Below, piece after piece: positions 1-11,512 of a DNA stretch of 64,000 nucleotides. This stretch comes from an uncultured Thermoleophilia bacterium. GTDB taxonomy: Bacteria; Actinomycetota; Thermoleophilia; UBA2241. The DNA lies in contig CAVQSP010000011.1 of NCBI GenBank assembly GCA_963715985.1, forward strand, positions 1 to 64,000, given 5' to 3'. The notes under the pieces are model-generated. The model did not search any database, was not told where the DNA came from, and saw nothing but the letters and a program-made list of their open reading frames with translations. Each line of letters opens with the position of its first letter. Position 1 is the stretch's first letter. The position numbers and the translations under genes were made by a program.

Positions 1-196
1 GGGGAAGGTGAGCGGCTGCACCACGTGGCTGTCGGTGGTGAAGGCGATGCGGCCGCCGGTGGCGAGCTCGGCCGCATCGTCCAGACGCTCGAGCACCGGA
101 TTGGCGAAGGCACGTACAAAGACGTCCCGGACGAGGTCGCGGTACAGCCTTCCGCCACTGCCGTGACCCAGGAGGACACAGCCACCAGTGAGTCAT
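1..196 (-). CDS. hypE: Hydrogenase maturation protein HypE, N-terminal part (runs off window; indel near start)
   Basis: Manual translation VLLGHGSGGRLYRDLV...DDAAEL...IAFTTDSHVVQPLTFP is the typical HypE N-terminus; follows hypD. Confidence 0.9.
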   Translation of the reverse strand, partial: MTHWWLCPPGSRQWRKAVPRPRPGRLCTCLRQSGARASGRCGRARHRRPHRLHHRQPRGAAAHLP

Positions 197-1251
197 CGAT
201 GCCGCGGAAGCGATAGCGGGCCGCGCAGGCACCCTCGCTGCTGACCATGCAGGCGCCCACGGGCGCCTGCGGCGTACAGCGAGTACCGAACAGCGCGCAG
301 GCCGCCGGGTCCAGCACACCGCGCAGGACCTCGCCGCAGCGGCAGCCTGCCGGCTCCTGCGGCGAGCCGGCGTCCACGGCGAAGCGGCGCCCCGCGTCCA
401 TGTCTTCGAACTCCCGGCTCAGCGCGAGCCCGGACCCCGGGATCACGCCCAGCCCGCGCCAGTCGGCGTCGGCCGGCTCGAACACCCGCTCGAGCAGCTG
501 CTGCGCCACGACGTTGCCCTCGGGACGCACCGCGCGGGTGTACTCGATCTCCACTGCCGGCCGAGTCTGGCGTACGATCCTCAGCAGCGCCCGGAGGATG
601 TCCCCCGGCTCGAAGCCCGCCACAACGCCAGCCACGCGATACTCGCCGGCCAGGAACTCGTAGCAGGCAGTGCCGGTGATCACGCTGACGTGGCCGGGCA
701 GCAGGAACCCGCCGATAGGCGTCTCTCCGAGGTCGAGCAGCGCCCGCAGGGCGAGCGGCATTGTCTTGTGCATGCTGAGCACGGAGAAGTTGTGCACCCC
801 GGTCTCGCGCGCCTCCAGAAGGGCCGCGGCGATGGTGGGCGCCATGGTCTCGAAGCCGATGCCGGCGAAGACGACCTCACGGTGCGGCTCCGCGGCGGCC
901 AGGGCGACGGCGTCCCGCGCCGAGTACACGACGCGCACGTCGGCGCCGGCGGCGCGCTCAGCCGCCAGCGTGGTCGCCGAGGCGGGCACGCGGATGAGGT
1001 CGCCGAAGGTCGCGAGCGTCACCTCGGGCAGGCGCGCGAGGGCGACGACCTCTGTCGAGATCGGCCACCGGCGTGACGCACACCGGGCAGCCCGGCCCGG
1101 AGACAGCCGCAGGCCGGCCGGGAGCAGCTCGCGCAGTCCGTACGTGCGACGGCCATGGTGTGCGTGCCGCACACCTCCATGACGGTGAGCGCCGAAGGCG
1201 CCTCGGCCTGCAGCTCGGCGGCGAGGCGCCGGAGGTCTCAGGCTCGCCCAT
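193..1251 (-). CDS. hypD: Hydrogenase maturation protein HypD (frameshifted)
   Basis: Motifs MEVCGTHT, SGPGCPVCVTP, GFETMAP, PGHVSVI and C-terminal CxLFGTRCTP..PVGACMVSSEGACAA spread over several frames. Confidence 0.9.
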
Positions 1252-1497
1252 CGGCCGCGTCCTCGTCCGCCGCCGGGGCGAGCTCGTCCAGGGCGCCGAT
1301 CTCGCGCAGCAGCTCGTAGGTCTCGCGCGCCTCCTCCTCTTCGTGACGCTGAGCGCGTAGCCGGCGTGGACGAGCACGTAGTCGCCGACTCGGCCTCGGG
1401 GACGAGGAGCACGCTGCACCGCTGCTCGAGCCCGGCGCGGCGATGGTCGCCAGCGTGCCATCGAGAGGAGGATACGCATGGGGAGTGCGAGGCACAT
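1238..1497 (-). CDS. hypC: Hydrogenase chaperone HypC/HupF (frameshifted)
   Basis: MCLALP N-terminus, VGDYVLVHAGYAL and EEEARETYELL; lies between hypF and hypD; end approximate. Confidence 0.9.
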
Positions 1498-1539
1498 ACG
1501 GACGTCCTGGCTCGGGAGGGACGGGCCGGGGCGAGGTGC

Positions 1540-4162
1540 TCAGGCGAGCTCGCCGCGCCGTCCAGCAGTATAGCCCGCGACCGCGGCCTGCCCCAGTGAG
1601 ATGCCGCCGTCGTTGACCGGCACGAGAAGCGCATCGAGCACCTCGAAGCCGTCGCCCTCGAGGCGCGCGCGCAGAGATCGCCACCAGACGGTTCTGGAAG
1701 ACGCCGCCGGCGAGGGCCACCGCCCGCGGGCCGCCGGCGTCCCTGACGCGGCGGCAAGGTCGAGCACGAGGGCGGCCACGGTGGCGTGGAGGCGCGCGCC
1801 CACGGCGCCGGCGGACGGCGCCGGCCTCGAGGTCGTCCAGCACCGCGCCGAGCAGCGGGGCGAGGCGCACGACGGCGGGCGCGGGCGGGCGGCGCGGCGC
1901 GTGGTCGGCGTGCGCCGCGGCCCACTCGGCAGCGCCGCGACGCGGCCCCGCGGACGCGGCCGCCACATCCCCGTCGACGGCGAACGGGTAGGCCTCCCCG
2001 GCGCCGGAGGAGCGCATCTCCAGCTCGATGGCCGCCTGGCCCTCGTAGGTGATCTCGTGACGCACGCCGGCGAGCGCGGCCACGGCGTCGAACAGGCGGC
2101 CGCAGCTCGTGGTGAGCGGCGCGTTGACGCGGCGCTCCACCTGACGGGCCAGCGCAAGAGCCTCCTCCTCGGTGGGCGCGTGCAGGCCGCAGCCGTCCGC
2201 ACCGCCCGCAGCGGATCCGCAGCGGCGGCGTTGCGCCGCAGCAGACGCAGGGCGCGCTCGAGCCCGGCCTCGCCGAGCAGCTCCAGGCACCAGCCCGCGG
2301 CCGTCCTCCACGGACGCTCGATGGCCGCGGCGCCGCCGGGCAGCGGCAGCTCCTCGAGGTGCGCGACGCGCCGATAGCCGAGCAGGTCGCAGACCAGCAC
2401 CTCCCCTCCCCACAGCACGCCGTCGTCGCCGTAGCCGAGGCCGTCCATGCTGACCCCGACGACGGGGTCTTCGCGCCCGTGCTCCACCATCCGCGCCGCG
2501 ATGTGCGCGTGGTGGTGCTGCACGGCGACCTTCTCGTCCAGGGCGAGCCCGAGCGCGTACTTGGTGGCCAGGTACTCGGGATGCAGGTCGTAGGCCGCGA
2601 CCTCCGGCTCGAGCCGGAACAGGTGACGGTACACGGCGATGGACGCCTCGAAGTGCTCCAGCGTCTCCAGGTTCTCGAGGTCGCCGATGTGCTGGCTGAC
2701 GAAGGCGTCGGCCTCGCGCGTGAGGCAGAAGGTGTTCTTGAGCTCGGCGCCGCAGGCCAGGACCTGGGGCAGGCGGCGCGGCAGAGCGCACCGGGAACGG
2801 GGCGTAGCCCCGCGAGCGGCGCACCGGCCGCGCCCGGCCCTCGCGCACCTGCACCACGGAGTCGTCGTAGCGCACGGCGATCTCGCGGTCGTGGACCAGG
2901 CAGGCGTCGGCGATGGGCGCGAGCCTGCCGATCTCCGCCAGGTCCTTGACGATGGGCTCCTCGGCCAGGTTGCCGCTGGTCATGACCAGCGGCCGGCCGG
3001 CCTCGCGCAGCAGGAGGATGTGCAGCGGCGTGTACGGCAGCATGGCGCCGAGGTACCGCTGTCCGGTGGCCACGTCGGCGACCACCGGGAGCGCCTCACC
3101 AGCCGCCCGGCGCTCCGGCGCGCCGGCGCCACCCAGCTCCGCCCCGACCGTGCCGTCGGCGCCGACCTCGCGCCACGGCAGCAGGACGATGGGGTGCTCG
3201 CGCGGACGTGAGCACCTCCGTCGGCGTCGTCCACGAGGCAGTGCCGGCGCAGCTGGGCGAGGTCCCGGAACATCACGGCGAGCGCCTTGTGAGGCCGGCG
3301 CTTGCGCAGCTTCAGGCGCCTCACCACCGCGCCGTCGGTGGCGTCGCACGCCAGGTGGAAGCCGCCGAGGCCCTTGAGCGCCAGGATCTCGCCGCCCCGC
3401 AGCAGCGCGGCGGCGGCGCGTGCCGGCCCCGCGGGGTCGGCGGCGGTGCCTTCGGCGAGCGTCGCCGCCGGCCGGCCGTCGTCCCCGAGCCGCAGGAGGG
3501 TCAGGTGCGGTCCGCAGACCGGGCACGCGTTGGGCTCGGCGTGAAAGCGCCGGTCGCCCGGGTCCTCGTACTCCGCGCGGCAGGCCGGGCACAGGGGGAA
3601 GTGCCGCATCGTGGTGCGCTCGCGGTCGTAGGGAAGGTCCTCGATGATGGTGAACCGCGGTCCGCAGTTGGTGCAGTTGGTGAACGGGTAGCCGAAGCGC
3701 CGGTCGGCCGGGTCGAGCAGCTCGCGGCGGCAGTCGTCGCAGGTGGCGATATCGGGGGACACGAGCTGGTAGGCGTGCGGGTCGGCGGCGCTCTCGAGGA
3801 TGACGAACGCGTCGCCGGGCGCGGGGCCGTCGGCGGCCGCGCCGGGCGCCACCTTCCGGCCACGTGCGGAACGCGGCGATGTGGCTGCGCGGCGGTGCCT
3901 CGCCGGGCAGGGCGGCGGCAAAGGCCTCCACGGCGGCCGCCGCTCCCTGCGCGAGGATCTCCACGCCGGCCGAGGTGTTGCGCACCCAGCCCACCAGGCC
4001 GTGCCTCAGGGCGAGTCCGTAGACGAAGGGCCGGAAGCCGACGCCCTGCACGACCCCGCGGACGCTGAGCCTCAGCGCGGCCGCGCCGGGCGACCCGGTG
4101 GGCCTCCCGGCACCCTGCGGCACGGAGGTGTCGTCGGTCAAAGCGGCCTCCTCCCCGGTCAC
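1540..4162 (-). CDS. hypF: Carbamoyltransferase HypF (frameshifted)
   Basis: Acylphosphatase GVVQGVGFRPFVY; Zn fingers CDDC...CTNCGPR and CPAC...CPVCGP; KGLGGFHLAC, MTSGN, QHHHAH, TTSCGRLFDA, NDGGISLGQ. Confidence 0.95.
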
Positions 4163-4564
4163 CCCGGACAGCTGAACTGGTAGTCGTCCTTGTAGTGGAG
4201 CTCGTTGCAGTCGGGGCAGCGGAGCTCGTACCAGTAGCCGATCGCCACCTGGTGGCGCTCACAGAAGCGGATGCGCGCCGCCAGCACCTCGAGCTCGTTG
4301 TTGCCGCAGGCCATGCAGGTGAGCAGCACGTCGTCGCCGAGCTCGTAGGCCTGCTCCAGACGCTGCATGGCGCCGGTCGCGCCCTGGTGCGCGGGCAGGT
4401 CGGCCTCGTGCGCGCAGGCGTCCTGAGCCGTCGGCACCTCGGCCACGGAGAGTGCCGTGACCACGCCGGGCAAGTAGGCCAGCCTGCGCCCCTCGGTCGA
4501 GCAGGTAGCGCTGAAAGGCGCAGCGCCGTTCTCGCTCGCCCATGAGGCGGCACTCGTGGCTCAC
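4159..4564 (-). CDS. Small Cys-rich putative metal-binding (Zn-ribbon) protein, one frameshift
   Basis: CMAC...C...CPDC cluster; stop overlaps hypF start (GTGA); N-terminus joined from ORF 4259..4564. Confidence 0.55.
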
Positions 4565-5121
4565 CAGAGTCGCGGCGCGTCACGAAACAGCGCATGTCGA
4601 GATGGTCGACGGTGACCGGCTCCACGTGCACCGTGCGCGGACGCCCGCGACCGCGGTGGTAGTCGTACGGCGGCAAGAGCGAGAGGCAGCCGATGCCGGG
4701 TCGGCCTCGAGCGCCGCGATGGAGCGCTCCAGCCATCCCGGCTGGAACTCCAGGGTGTCGTCGACGCGCACCAGGTAGTCGCCGTCGACCATGTGGAAGG
4801 CCCGGTCGAGGCCGCAGTGCGAGCCGTGACGGTCACCGTTCTCGAGCTGCACGGCGTCGATGCGGCCGCGCAGGTACTGGCGCACGAGGTACGTGGCCAG
4901 CGCTCGGGGGCGTCGTCGGCGAAGACCACGACGTCCGGCGGGCGGTCCACCGTCTCCTTGAGGCCGCGGAGCACCGCCCGCAGGGCGGGCACGCCGCGGC
5001 TGGCGAACACGACGAGGCTGGCGCGGCTCACCGCGACCCCAGCTCGTCGCGCATCAGGTCCACCACGCGCTCGGCCGCCGCCGTACCGGCGGCGAGACCT
5101 CGTGCGCCGACGTCTCGATCG
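4561..5121 (-). CDS. Glycosyltransferase family 2-like protein (frameshifted)
   Basis: Fragments DVVVFADD and GDYLVRVDD (DxD-like) in successive frames; ends approximate. Confidence 0.4.
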   Translation of the reverse strand, partial: RSRRRRTRSRRRYGGGRARGGPDARRAGVAVSRASLVVFASRGVPALRAVLRGLKETVDRPPDVVVFADDAPERWPRTSCASTCAAASTPCSSRTVTVTARTAASTGPSTWSTATTWCASTTPWSSSRDGWSAPSRRSRPTRHRLPLALAAVRLPPRSRASAHGARGAGHRRPSRHALFRDAPRLW

Positions 5122-5413
5122 TGTGCCTCTCCGGCGAACACCACGACCTCCTCGGGCATCTACGCGGCCCGCGTCCCCACGCTCCAGCGCCTGCGAAGGG
5201 CCGATCGAGCGGACGACCCGGAGCGGGGGCCGCCCGGGCGCCCCGCCGCACGACCCGGCGGCATCGCGCATGTACAGCGGGCACCCTTCTACCCCGCTGC
5301 ATCCATAATTATCTCACGGGTGAATCCGCGCACAAGTCCCCGGGGCGACTGTCGGGGTCTCAGAGGTCGTGTGGCAACAGGTGCCGGCGCGCCGCGCGGG
5401 AAGCCGCACGCGT

Positions 5414-6082
5414 CTAGTCGAGCCCGACCAGGCCCTCCTTGATGGCGTACTTCACCAGGTCGGTGACCTTGTGAAGCTTCAGCTTCTCCATGATGTTGCC
5501 GCGGTGAGTCTCCACGGTCTTGCGGCTCAGACACAGCAGGTCGGCGATGTCCTGGTTGCTGTTGCCCTCGGCGATGAGCTTGAGCACCTCGCGCTCGCGG
5601 GCGGTGAGCTCCTCCGCCGGCCGGTGCGCGAGGGGGTCGTGGACGCGCGCCAGGTAGTCGTGCAGCACGGCCTCGAGGGCCTGTGGCTGCAGCACCTGCG
5701 TGCCGCCCATCACGGCGCGTACGGCGGAGACGAGCTCGTCGGTGCACACCGTCTTGAGCAGGTAGCCGGAGGCGCCCGCCTGGACGAGGCGGAGCACGCA
5801 GTCCTTGCGGTCGTTGCGGGTGAGGGCCAGCACCTTGATGTGCGGGTACCGGCGCAGCACCTGACCGGTGAGCTCGAGGCCGTTCATGCGCGGCATGATC
5901 GTCTCGGTGACGATGACGTCCGGGTGAGTGGTGCCGACGAGCGGGAGCGCCTCGAGACCGTCGGGAGCTTCGCCGACGACCGTCATGTCCGGCTGGGTGT
6001 CGAGCAGGGCGCGCACGCCCTGGCGCTCGATGGCGTGATCGTCAACGAGCAGAATGCGGATCACGGCTCCCGGGCCGTTCAC
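5414..6082 (-). CDS. NarL/FixJ-family response regulator (REC + LuxR HTH), orphan
   Basis: IRILLVDDH...GASGYLLK...LTAREREVLKLIAEG.SNQDIA..L.LS.KTVETHR. Confidence 0.93.
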   Translation of the reverse strand: MNGPGAVIRILLVDDHAIERQGVRALLDTQPDMTVVGEAPDGLEALPLVGTTHPDVIVTETIMPRMNGLELTGQVLRRYPHIKVLALTRNDRKDCVLRLVQAGASGYLLKTVCTDELVSAVRAVMGGTQVLQPQALEAVLHDYLARVHDPLAHRPAEELTAREREVLKLIAEGNSNQDIADLLCLSRKTVETHRGNIMEKLKLHKVTDLVKYAIKEGLVGLD

Positions 6083-6374
6083 GTTGCCCCTCCCGGCGCG
6101 CCGCGCTCGGCCCCTCCGGCCGCGACGCGGTAGTTCACACTATGTGATTCTAGGTGCAAACCCCGATGCCGGGCAAGGGTCGACCCACTCACCTGGTCAG
6201 GGTACCGCCCCAACGGTGGACGCAGCGGCCGCCGGCGCGAGCCCGGCCGGGACGTTTCGGCCCGCTTGGAGGGTCGGCGGCGCCCGGAGCATCGCCGCGC
6301 CGGGCCCGTACGCGCGACGGGCGGGCGGCCCTGCGGCCGCCCGCCCGTCGTCGCCAGCTCTCCGCGAGGCGGAT

Positions 6375-6778
6375 TCAGTTGACGGTGACCTTCTTCGCCG
6401 CGGACGTGCTTGACGTCGAGAGGTGCGCGACCCGCACGCGCAGCTTGTACGCGCCCTTGGCGGACGGGGCCTTCCAGGTCAGCGAGTACGCGCCGTTGGA
6501 CAGGTTCGCGGACGGTCCGTTCTTCCACGCGGACGCCGTGGGGAGCTTGTACTGCAGCGTGGCCTTCACGGCGTGGGACGGGGGTCCGGCCCTCGGCGCC
6601 CGTGACCTTGATCGTCTTGCCCGCCTTGACGGACGCCGGTGCGGAGATGGACAGCTTGGTCGAGTGGCACAGCGACGGCGTGGCGCCGGAGCGCGCCGTG
6701 ACGACGACCGCGAACACCATCACGGCGGCCGTCAACACCAGGGCGACGACGGTCAGACTGGTCAACGTCTTCTTCATG
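6375..6778 (-). CDS. Secreted protein with Ig-like C-terminal domain (frameshifted)
   Basis: MKKTLTSLTVVALV signal peptide; continues in ORF 6375..6569. Confidence 0.55.
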
Positions 6779-7103
6779 CTCCCCCTTAGGGAATCAGCTT
6801 CCGGCGCGGGCCGATCCCGCGCCGCAGGTCGAGTGGAACTCCGCCGGCGGCTTGATGAAGGGAGCCTCGTCATAGCCCTTTCCACTACCGCCAGCGTACT
6901 TTGCAGACTCTAGAGCGCGAAAAGGTAGTGCGCGTTGCGGATTGTTGCATCCAGTGGATGGGCGCGTGACGGCGCGGGGGCACGCTGCCGCGGTCGCTCA
7001 GGCCGGTTGCGACGCAGCCTCGGAAAGGCGCGTCGTACGGACTCGGGCGGGGACGTTTTGCGCCCGCGCCCGCGTTGTCCTAGAATCCCTAGGCTTCTTC
7101 AGG

Positions 7104-7179
7104 GCCGACGTAGCTCAGCTGGCAGAGCACATCACTCGTAATGATGGGGTCCGGGGTTCGATTCCCCGCGTCGGCTCCA
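7104..7179 (+). tRNA. tRNA-Thr(CGT)
   Basis: GCCGACG acceptor stem, TAGCTCAG D arm, CATCA-CTCGTAA-TGATG anticodon arm, GTTCGATT T loop, encoded CCA. Confidence 0.97.
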
Positions 7180-7328
7180 CAAACTCGCTGGAAACCGCAG
7201 GTTTGACCATCCCACCCTTGCCAGTGATGCACGTTTGTCAAAGGGTGATGCTCAGGCGCGGGAAGACGCGGGAAGACGGTTGTCTTGTATCACCGGGTGC
7301 CTCGGGAGCGCAGCCGCCGCTCCTCCGT

Positions 7329-7416
7329 GACCGGCCACCGTTTCGGGGACTAGGCCCACACGCACAGAACGTCCGATCAGGCAGGACTGTAGGCGTCGCC
7401 CCGGTCAACCTGCAAG
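7329..7416 (+). repeat. 88-bp dispersed repeat, copy 1
   Basis: GACCGGCCACCG...GGACT..GCCCACACGCACA...CGTCCG.TCAGG...GT.AACCTGCAAG shared with 8528..8615 and the reverse strand of 10100..10187. Confidence 0.8.
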
Positions 7417-7435
7417 GGTCACAGGAGCTTAGAGC

Positions 7436-7502
<67 letters not shown>

Positions 7503-7567
7503 GCGCCGACCGAACACGACGGCGCCGGGTGGTGTCCGTCCCGTGGGTGCCGCTGCATCCGCTACCC

Positions 7568-7816
7568 TCAACCCTCCGGCACGGCTGGGGCGGGATGCTC
7601 CGGCTCGGCGGTTGCCTGCCGCTGGAGCAGATCGAGGATCCGGTCGGTGTTCGCTCGGATCGCCGTGACGTTGTCGAAGATCCACTTCGGCGGAGCGCTG
7701 TCCGGCATCGCCGCGATCCGCGACGCGAAGTCGAACCGGCCGACGCGCGGTCCCAGCAGCTTCGCCAGCAGTACGGCGACGACAACGATGGGTATGAGCA
7801 CTGCGATGCGCTTCAT
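7568..7816 (-). CDS. Small membrane-anchored hypothetical protein
   Basis: MKRIAVLIPIVVVAVLLAKLL hydrophobic N-terminus; GGGGA RBS-like sequence upstream. Confidence 0.6.
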   Translation of the reverse strand: MKRIAVLIPIVVVAVLLAKLLGPRVGRFDFASRIAAMPDSAPPKWIFDNVTAIRANTDRILDLLQRQATAEPEHPAPAVPEG

Positions 7817-8527
7817 GCGTTCCCCCTGTCGGACGTTTGCCCGTACCGCCGGAGCCGGCGTGAGCACGAACTCTCTCCCGAGACTACACGCGGACCCACA
7901 GGCGTACAAGAGGTCCATACGAGACTCCTGGCGTGACCGACGACAGCTTCGACGTGTACGTGGAGTGACGCTCCCCTCGGCTTGCAGCCGGGACTGGGAC
8001 GCTCGCCTCGCGCGAAGGCCCGCCGCCCGTGAAGGCAGCGGGGACCCTTGACTGAACGGTGGGAGACAACGCTTGCAGAACCCCCTGACGGCGCAGAGTA
8101 TGGGGGTGCCCGTCGCAGATGTTCGGCGTAATAGCGAGGCGTGGCACGACAGGGTTCACGACCTTGGCGTGGCACGCTCGGGAGCGTCAAGGTAGGCACG
8201 TCTTGGACGGCTGCCCTGTCTGCGTTCTCCCAAGCTGCGGCGGGTATCTCCATGCTCAGGTGGGAGGCCCGCAACCTGTGAGGGCAGCGGGCCTCTTTCG
8301 CGCCGGAGACGCTTGGGATCGCTTGAGACAGGAGAAAGCCGGTGAGACCTGTGCCTCGGTCGGCGGCAGGGGGACCGGCTGGAGGATAGAGTGCGCCGCT
8401 ACGGCCGTCCTTGCCAGTCACAGCGCACGTATCTGTTGCCGAGGGTGACGACGCGCCGGGGCAAGGGTGACACACGCAGAAGAGCCCGCCGAACGCTTCA
8501 GCGGGCTCCCCGTAGCTGCGAAGAAGC

Positions 8528-8615
8528 GACCGGCCACCGTGTCGGGGACTTCGCCCACACGCACAGATCGTCCGGTCAGGATCGACACTGGGCGGCCTTC
8601 CGGTGAACCTGCAAG
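8528..8615 (+). repeat. 88-bp dispersed repeat, copy 2
   Basis: Same core and same length as copy 1. Confidence 0.8.
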
Positions 8616-8877
8616 GGCGACGATGGGGCGGCGCGGGTGACGATGCCGGAGCATCCATCCCAACGGGACTGCACATCGGCGAGACGGGCACCCTCAAAGG
8701 GTACGCGACTCCTGATATGAGCGATGCTCAAGACGGGAGGCTGTGATCCGCTGAACGCAGCACTGCGGCCACCGCAGTCCGGCGGGGAGCCACTGGTGAG
8801 ACCGGCCCGCGAGGCCGGTCTTCGTGCATGTGGGATCGGCCCATGGGGAGCCGAGGGGCCGACGGGAAGGGGAAGGC

Positions 8878-9837
8878 ATGGAGAGGTCGTGGAAACCTAG
8901 ATCAGGAGCGTGCATGGCACTCGTGCTCCTCGCGGTGATCGGCGTGGTGGCCTTGGCGGCCTGCGGCGACTCGAACACCTCGGCGTCGACATCGCCGAGT
9001 GCCACGAGCGCGGCGCCGTCGACGTCGCCCAGCATCGTCCCGGCGGCCGAGCCGGTGTCGCAGTGGGACAAGCCCGGCTCGGCCTCGCTGGCGCAGACGC
9101 AGGTGGTCTCGCGCCGCTACGCCGCGCTGCTGCACGCCGAGAAGATCCCGAGCGCCGGGCTCTACACCTCGGCCTCCACCTGGGACTACTGGCCGAGCGA
9201 TGCGCACGTCCGGGGCACCAAGGAGATCGAGGGCATCATGCGGGACGCCGGCCCCTATATCGACTGGTCGAAGCTGAGCCACCTCTTGGCCGCCCCTGGC
9301 GTGGGTGTCTACGAGGGTATGATGAAGAACTTCGATGCCTACCCGGTCGCCGCGACGCCGAGTCTCGTCCTGCTCGCCGTGGACGGCAACAAGGTCGCAC
9401 ACGAGGAGGTCTTCCTCAACGAGGGCGACGTGAGTCCGGTGGCGTATGGCACCTCGACGCCGGGGCCGAAGGACACCGCGCAGGTCGCGGCCAAGGTGTG
9501 CGCCGCTGTCGGCGAGGCCTTCGCGACCGGTGACCGAGGCGCGATGCAGGCGCTCGTCGCACCCGACATCCTGTTCCGCGACACCGCGCAGAAGCGTGGC
9601 GTGCGCGGCCGGGACGCCTTCCTCGCCTGGTGGGACAAGACCCCGACGGTCGAGGTCCAGAACAAGACGCCGATCTCGGGACCGGGCTGGGCGGTAGGGC
9701 GCTGGACCTTGCGGCAGGTCTTCTCGACGGGGGCCGAGGTGGCCATGCCGGGGGCGACGGTCATGGAGGTGCGAGACGGCGAGGTCGTCCGCATGACGCT
9801 CTACTACGATTCGAAGGTGATGCGCTTGCAGACGTGA
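8878..9837 (+). CDS. Lipoprotein with SnoaL/NTF2-like domain(s)
   Basis: Lipobox LAAC, Ser/Thr/Pro linker, C-terminal pattern GATVMEVRDGEVVRMTLYYD. Confidence 0.75.
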   Translation: MERSWKPRSGACMALVLLAVIGVVALAACGDSNTSASTSPSATSAAPSTSPSIVPAAEPVSQWDKPGSASLAQTQVVSRRYAALLHAEKIPSAGLYTSASTWDYWPSDAHVRGTKEIEGIMRDAGPYIDWSKLSHLLAAPGVGVYEGMMKNFDAYPVAATPSLVLLAVDGNKVAHEEVFLNEGDVSPVAYGTSTPGPKDTAQVAAKVCAAVGEAFATGDRGAMQALVAPDILFRDTAQKRGVRGRDAFLAWWDKTPTVEVQNKTPISGPGWAVGRWTLRQVFSTGAEVAMPGATVMEVRDGEVVRMTLYYDSKVMRLQT

Positions 9838-10099
9838 GCGCGCGGCCGGGCTGCCTCTCGCGGCTTCTGGGCTGTGATGGATGAACGGGCCAGAGACGAC
9901 AACGGTGGGTGACGCCAGAGGCCGGCCGCGGGTCTTGTACGTCAGCGGCTCGATCCGGCCTCGGGAATGGCACTGCCCGCACCCAGAGGACGGGGGTCTG
10001 CTCAGCCTGCGCGAGCTCCCGCATCGCTCGTACCAGGAGTCTCGTATCTGCTTCTTCTACCCGCCAGAGAGGGGGGTACGCCGTTCGGGTACTGTCAAG

Positions 10100-10187
10100 C
10101 TTGCAGGTTGACCAGAGGGTCTTCCGCAATGAGTCCTGAACGGACGCTGTGTGCGTGTGGGCGAAGTCCTCGAGGCGGTGGCCGGTC
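10100..10187 (-). repeat. 88-bp dispersed repeat, copy 3 (inverted)
   Basis: Reverse complement matches copies 1 and 2. Confidence 0.8.
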
Positions 10188-10550
10188 GCGTCACGGAGAA
10201 CAAAGACCATGAAGAACTACGCTCTCGGGCGCCGGACAGGCTAGTGGAATCCGGGGTTCGATTCCCCGCGTCGGCTCCAGTATCTCGCCGCATCTCGCGG
10301 CCCCCCTTCCCCACCGTGGCCAGCTGCGACCCGCTGGCCGACATCTGCCGACACGCCGTCCCGGATCGGATGTGCGATCCCGGCACACCGTTTGCACCGT
10401 GGCTCCGCCGGGTGCGTGACACTCCGGGACGCGGCTCCCGCTCCCGGGCGACGTGCACGAGGCCATGGCGCTGGTCATTGGGCCCGGCCGCGAAAGACGG
10501 CTGGGCTCACGCCGGACGGGTGGGTCCGCCATCTACCACTCACCCGATCA

Positions 10551-11282
10551 TCACGGCATGAGCTCAGGACGGAAGTCGTGCAGTGTCAGCTCGTGGCCGG
10601 GAGGGGCGATCACGAAACCGTCGTCCCAAGCGTCCGCCACGAGCGCGTCGAGGATACGCGTGGAGCCTCGGACGTGCTCCACGACAAGGCCGAAGCGGTT
10701 CGCGAACTCAGCGACTGAAGCGTGGTGTGGACCCAGGTCGTGGCGGCCCATGTCGATGATCGCGATGCGCGTGTAGTGCTGGAGCAGCAGCCGCATCATC
10801 CGGTCCGCGCGTTCAAGGCCGCGCTTCTCGATCAGGGCCGCATGGTCGCTGAGGATCGTGTCGCACTCCTCGAGATAGGCCTTGGCCAGGAAGTACGTGC
10901 CGCGGGCCTTCTCGGATTCCGCCTCAAACGCCGCGTTGGAGCCGAGGAACATGGCGATGCAGTCATCCACTCGTGGCACAACGAGCAGTCGCGTGCTCCG
11001 TCTTGAGGCCGAGGACCGCATTGGAGCACATGCCGTAGCCGAGGACGATCGTGGCGCCGGGTCTGTCGGCGGCCGCGACGGCGGTGGCCAAGGCCTCCTT
11101 GAGGCGCTTCGGGCTGAGATGCAGCTGGGCTTCCAGCTTCTGGCAATCGACCCCGTCGGTAGCGCCTTGCGCCAGCTCGCCGAGAACGGCCGGGCAGGCG
11201 ATGAGGGTCAGGGAGCGAGGCTCATCACCGCTGACGTGCTCGTGGGACTGGCCTTGGCTCTTCACGATCCCCCTCGCATCAT
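10551..11282 (-). CDS. DUF1638-family protein (frameshift near 11000)
   Basis: LIACPAV..EL, LHLSPKRLKEAL, IVLGYGMCS, VPRVDDCIAMFLGS, GTYFL; sits next to a corrinoid protein as is usual for this family; start approximate. Confidence 0.75.
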
Positions 11283-11512
11283 GGCCTGTGCACCGCTCCA
11301 GGGAGCTCTCTTGTCGTCGCGATCCTCTCGTCGCTGCGGGCCTCGGGCGCAGTCCGCGTGTGACGGAAGAAGGGGCCGGTGGGGTCGCCTGCATCGGGGC
11401 CGGCGGCATCGCCGCGACCTCACGGACGTTCGCGGCGATACCGCCGGCCCCACCTCGTCTCCGAACCTGCAGGCACACCGACCGCTCGCCCTGGGCCGGG
11501 GCGCTGAACGTT

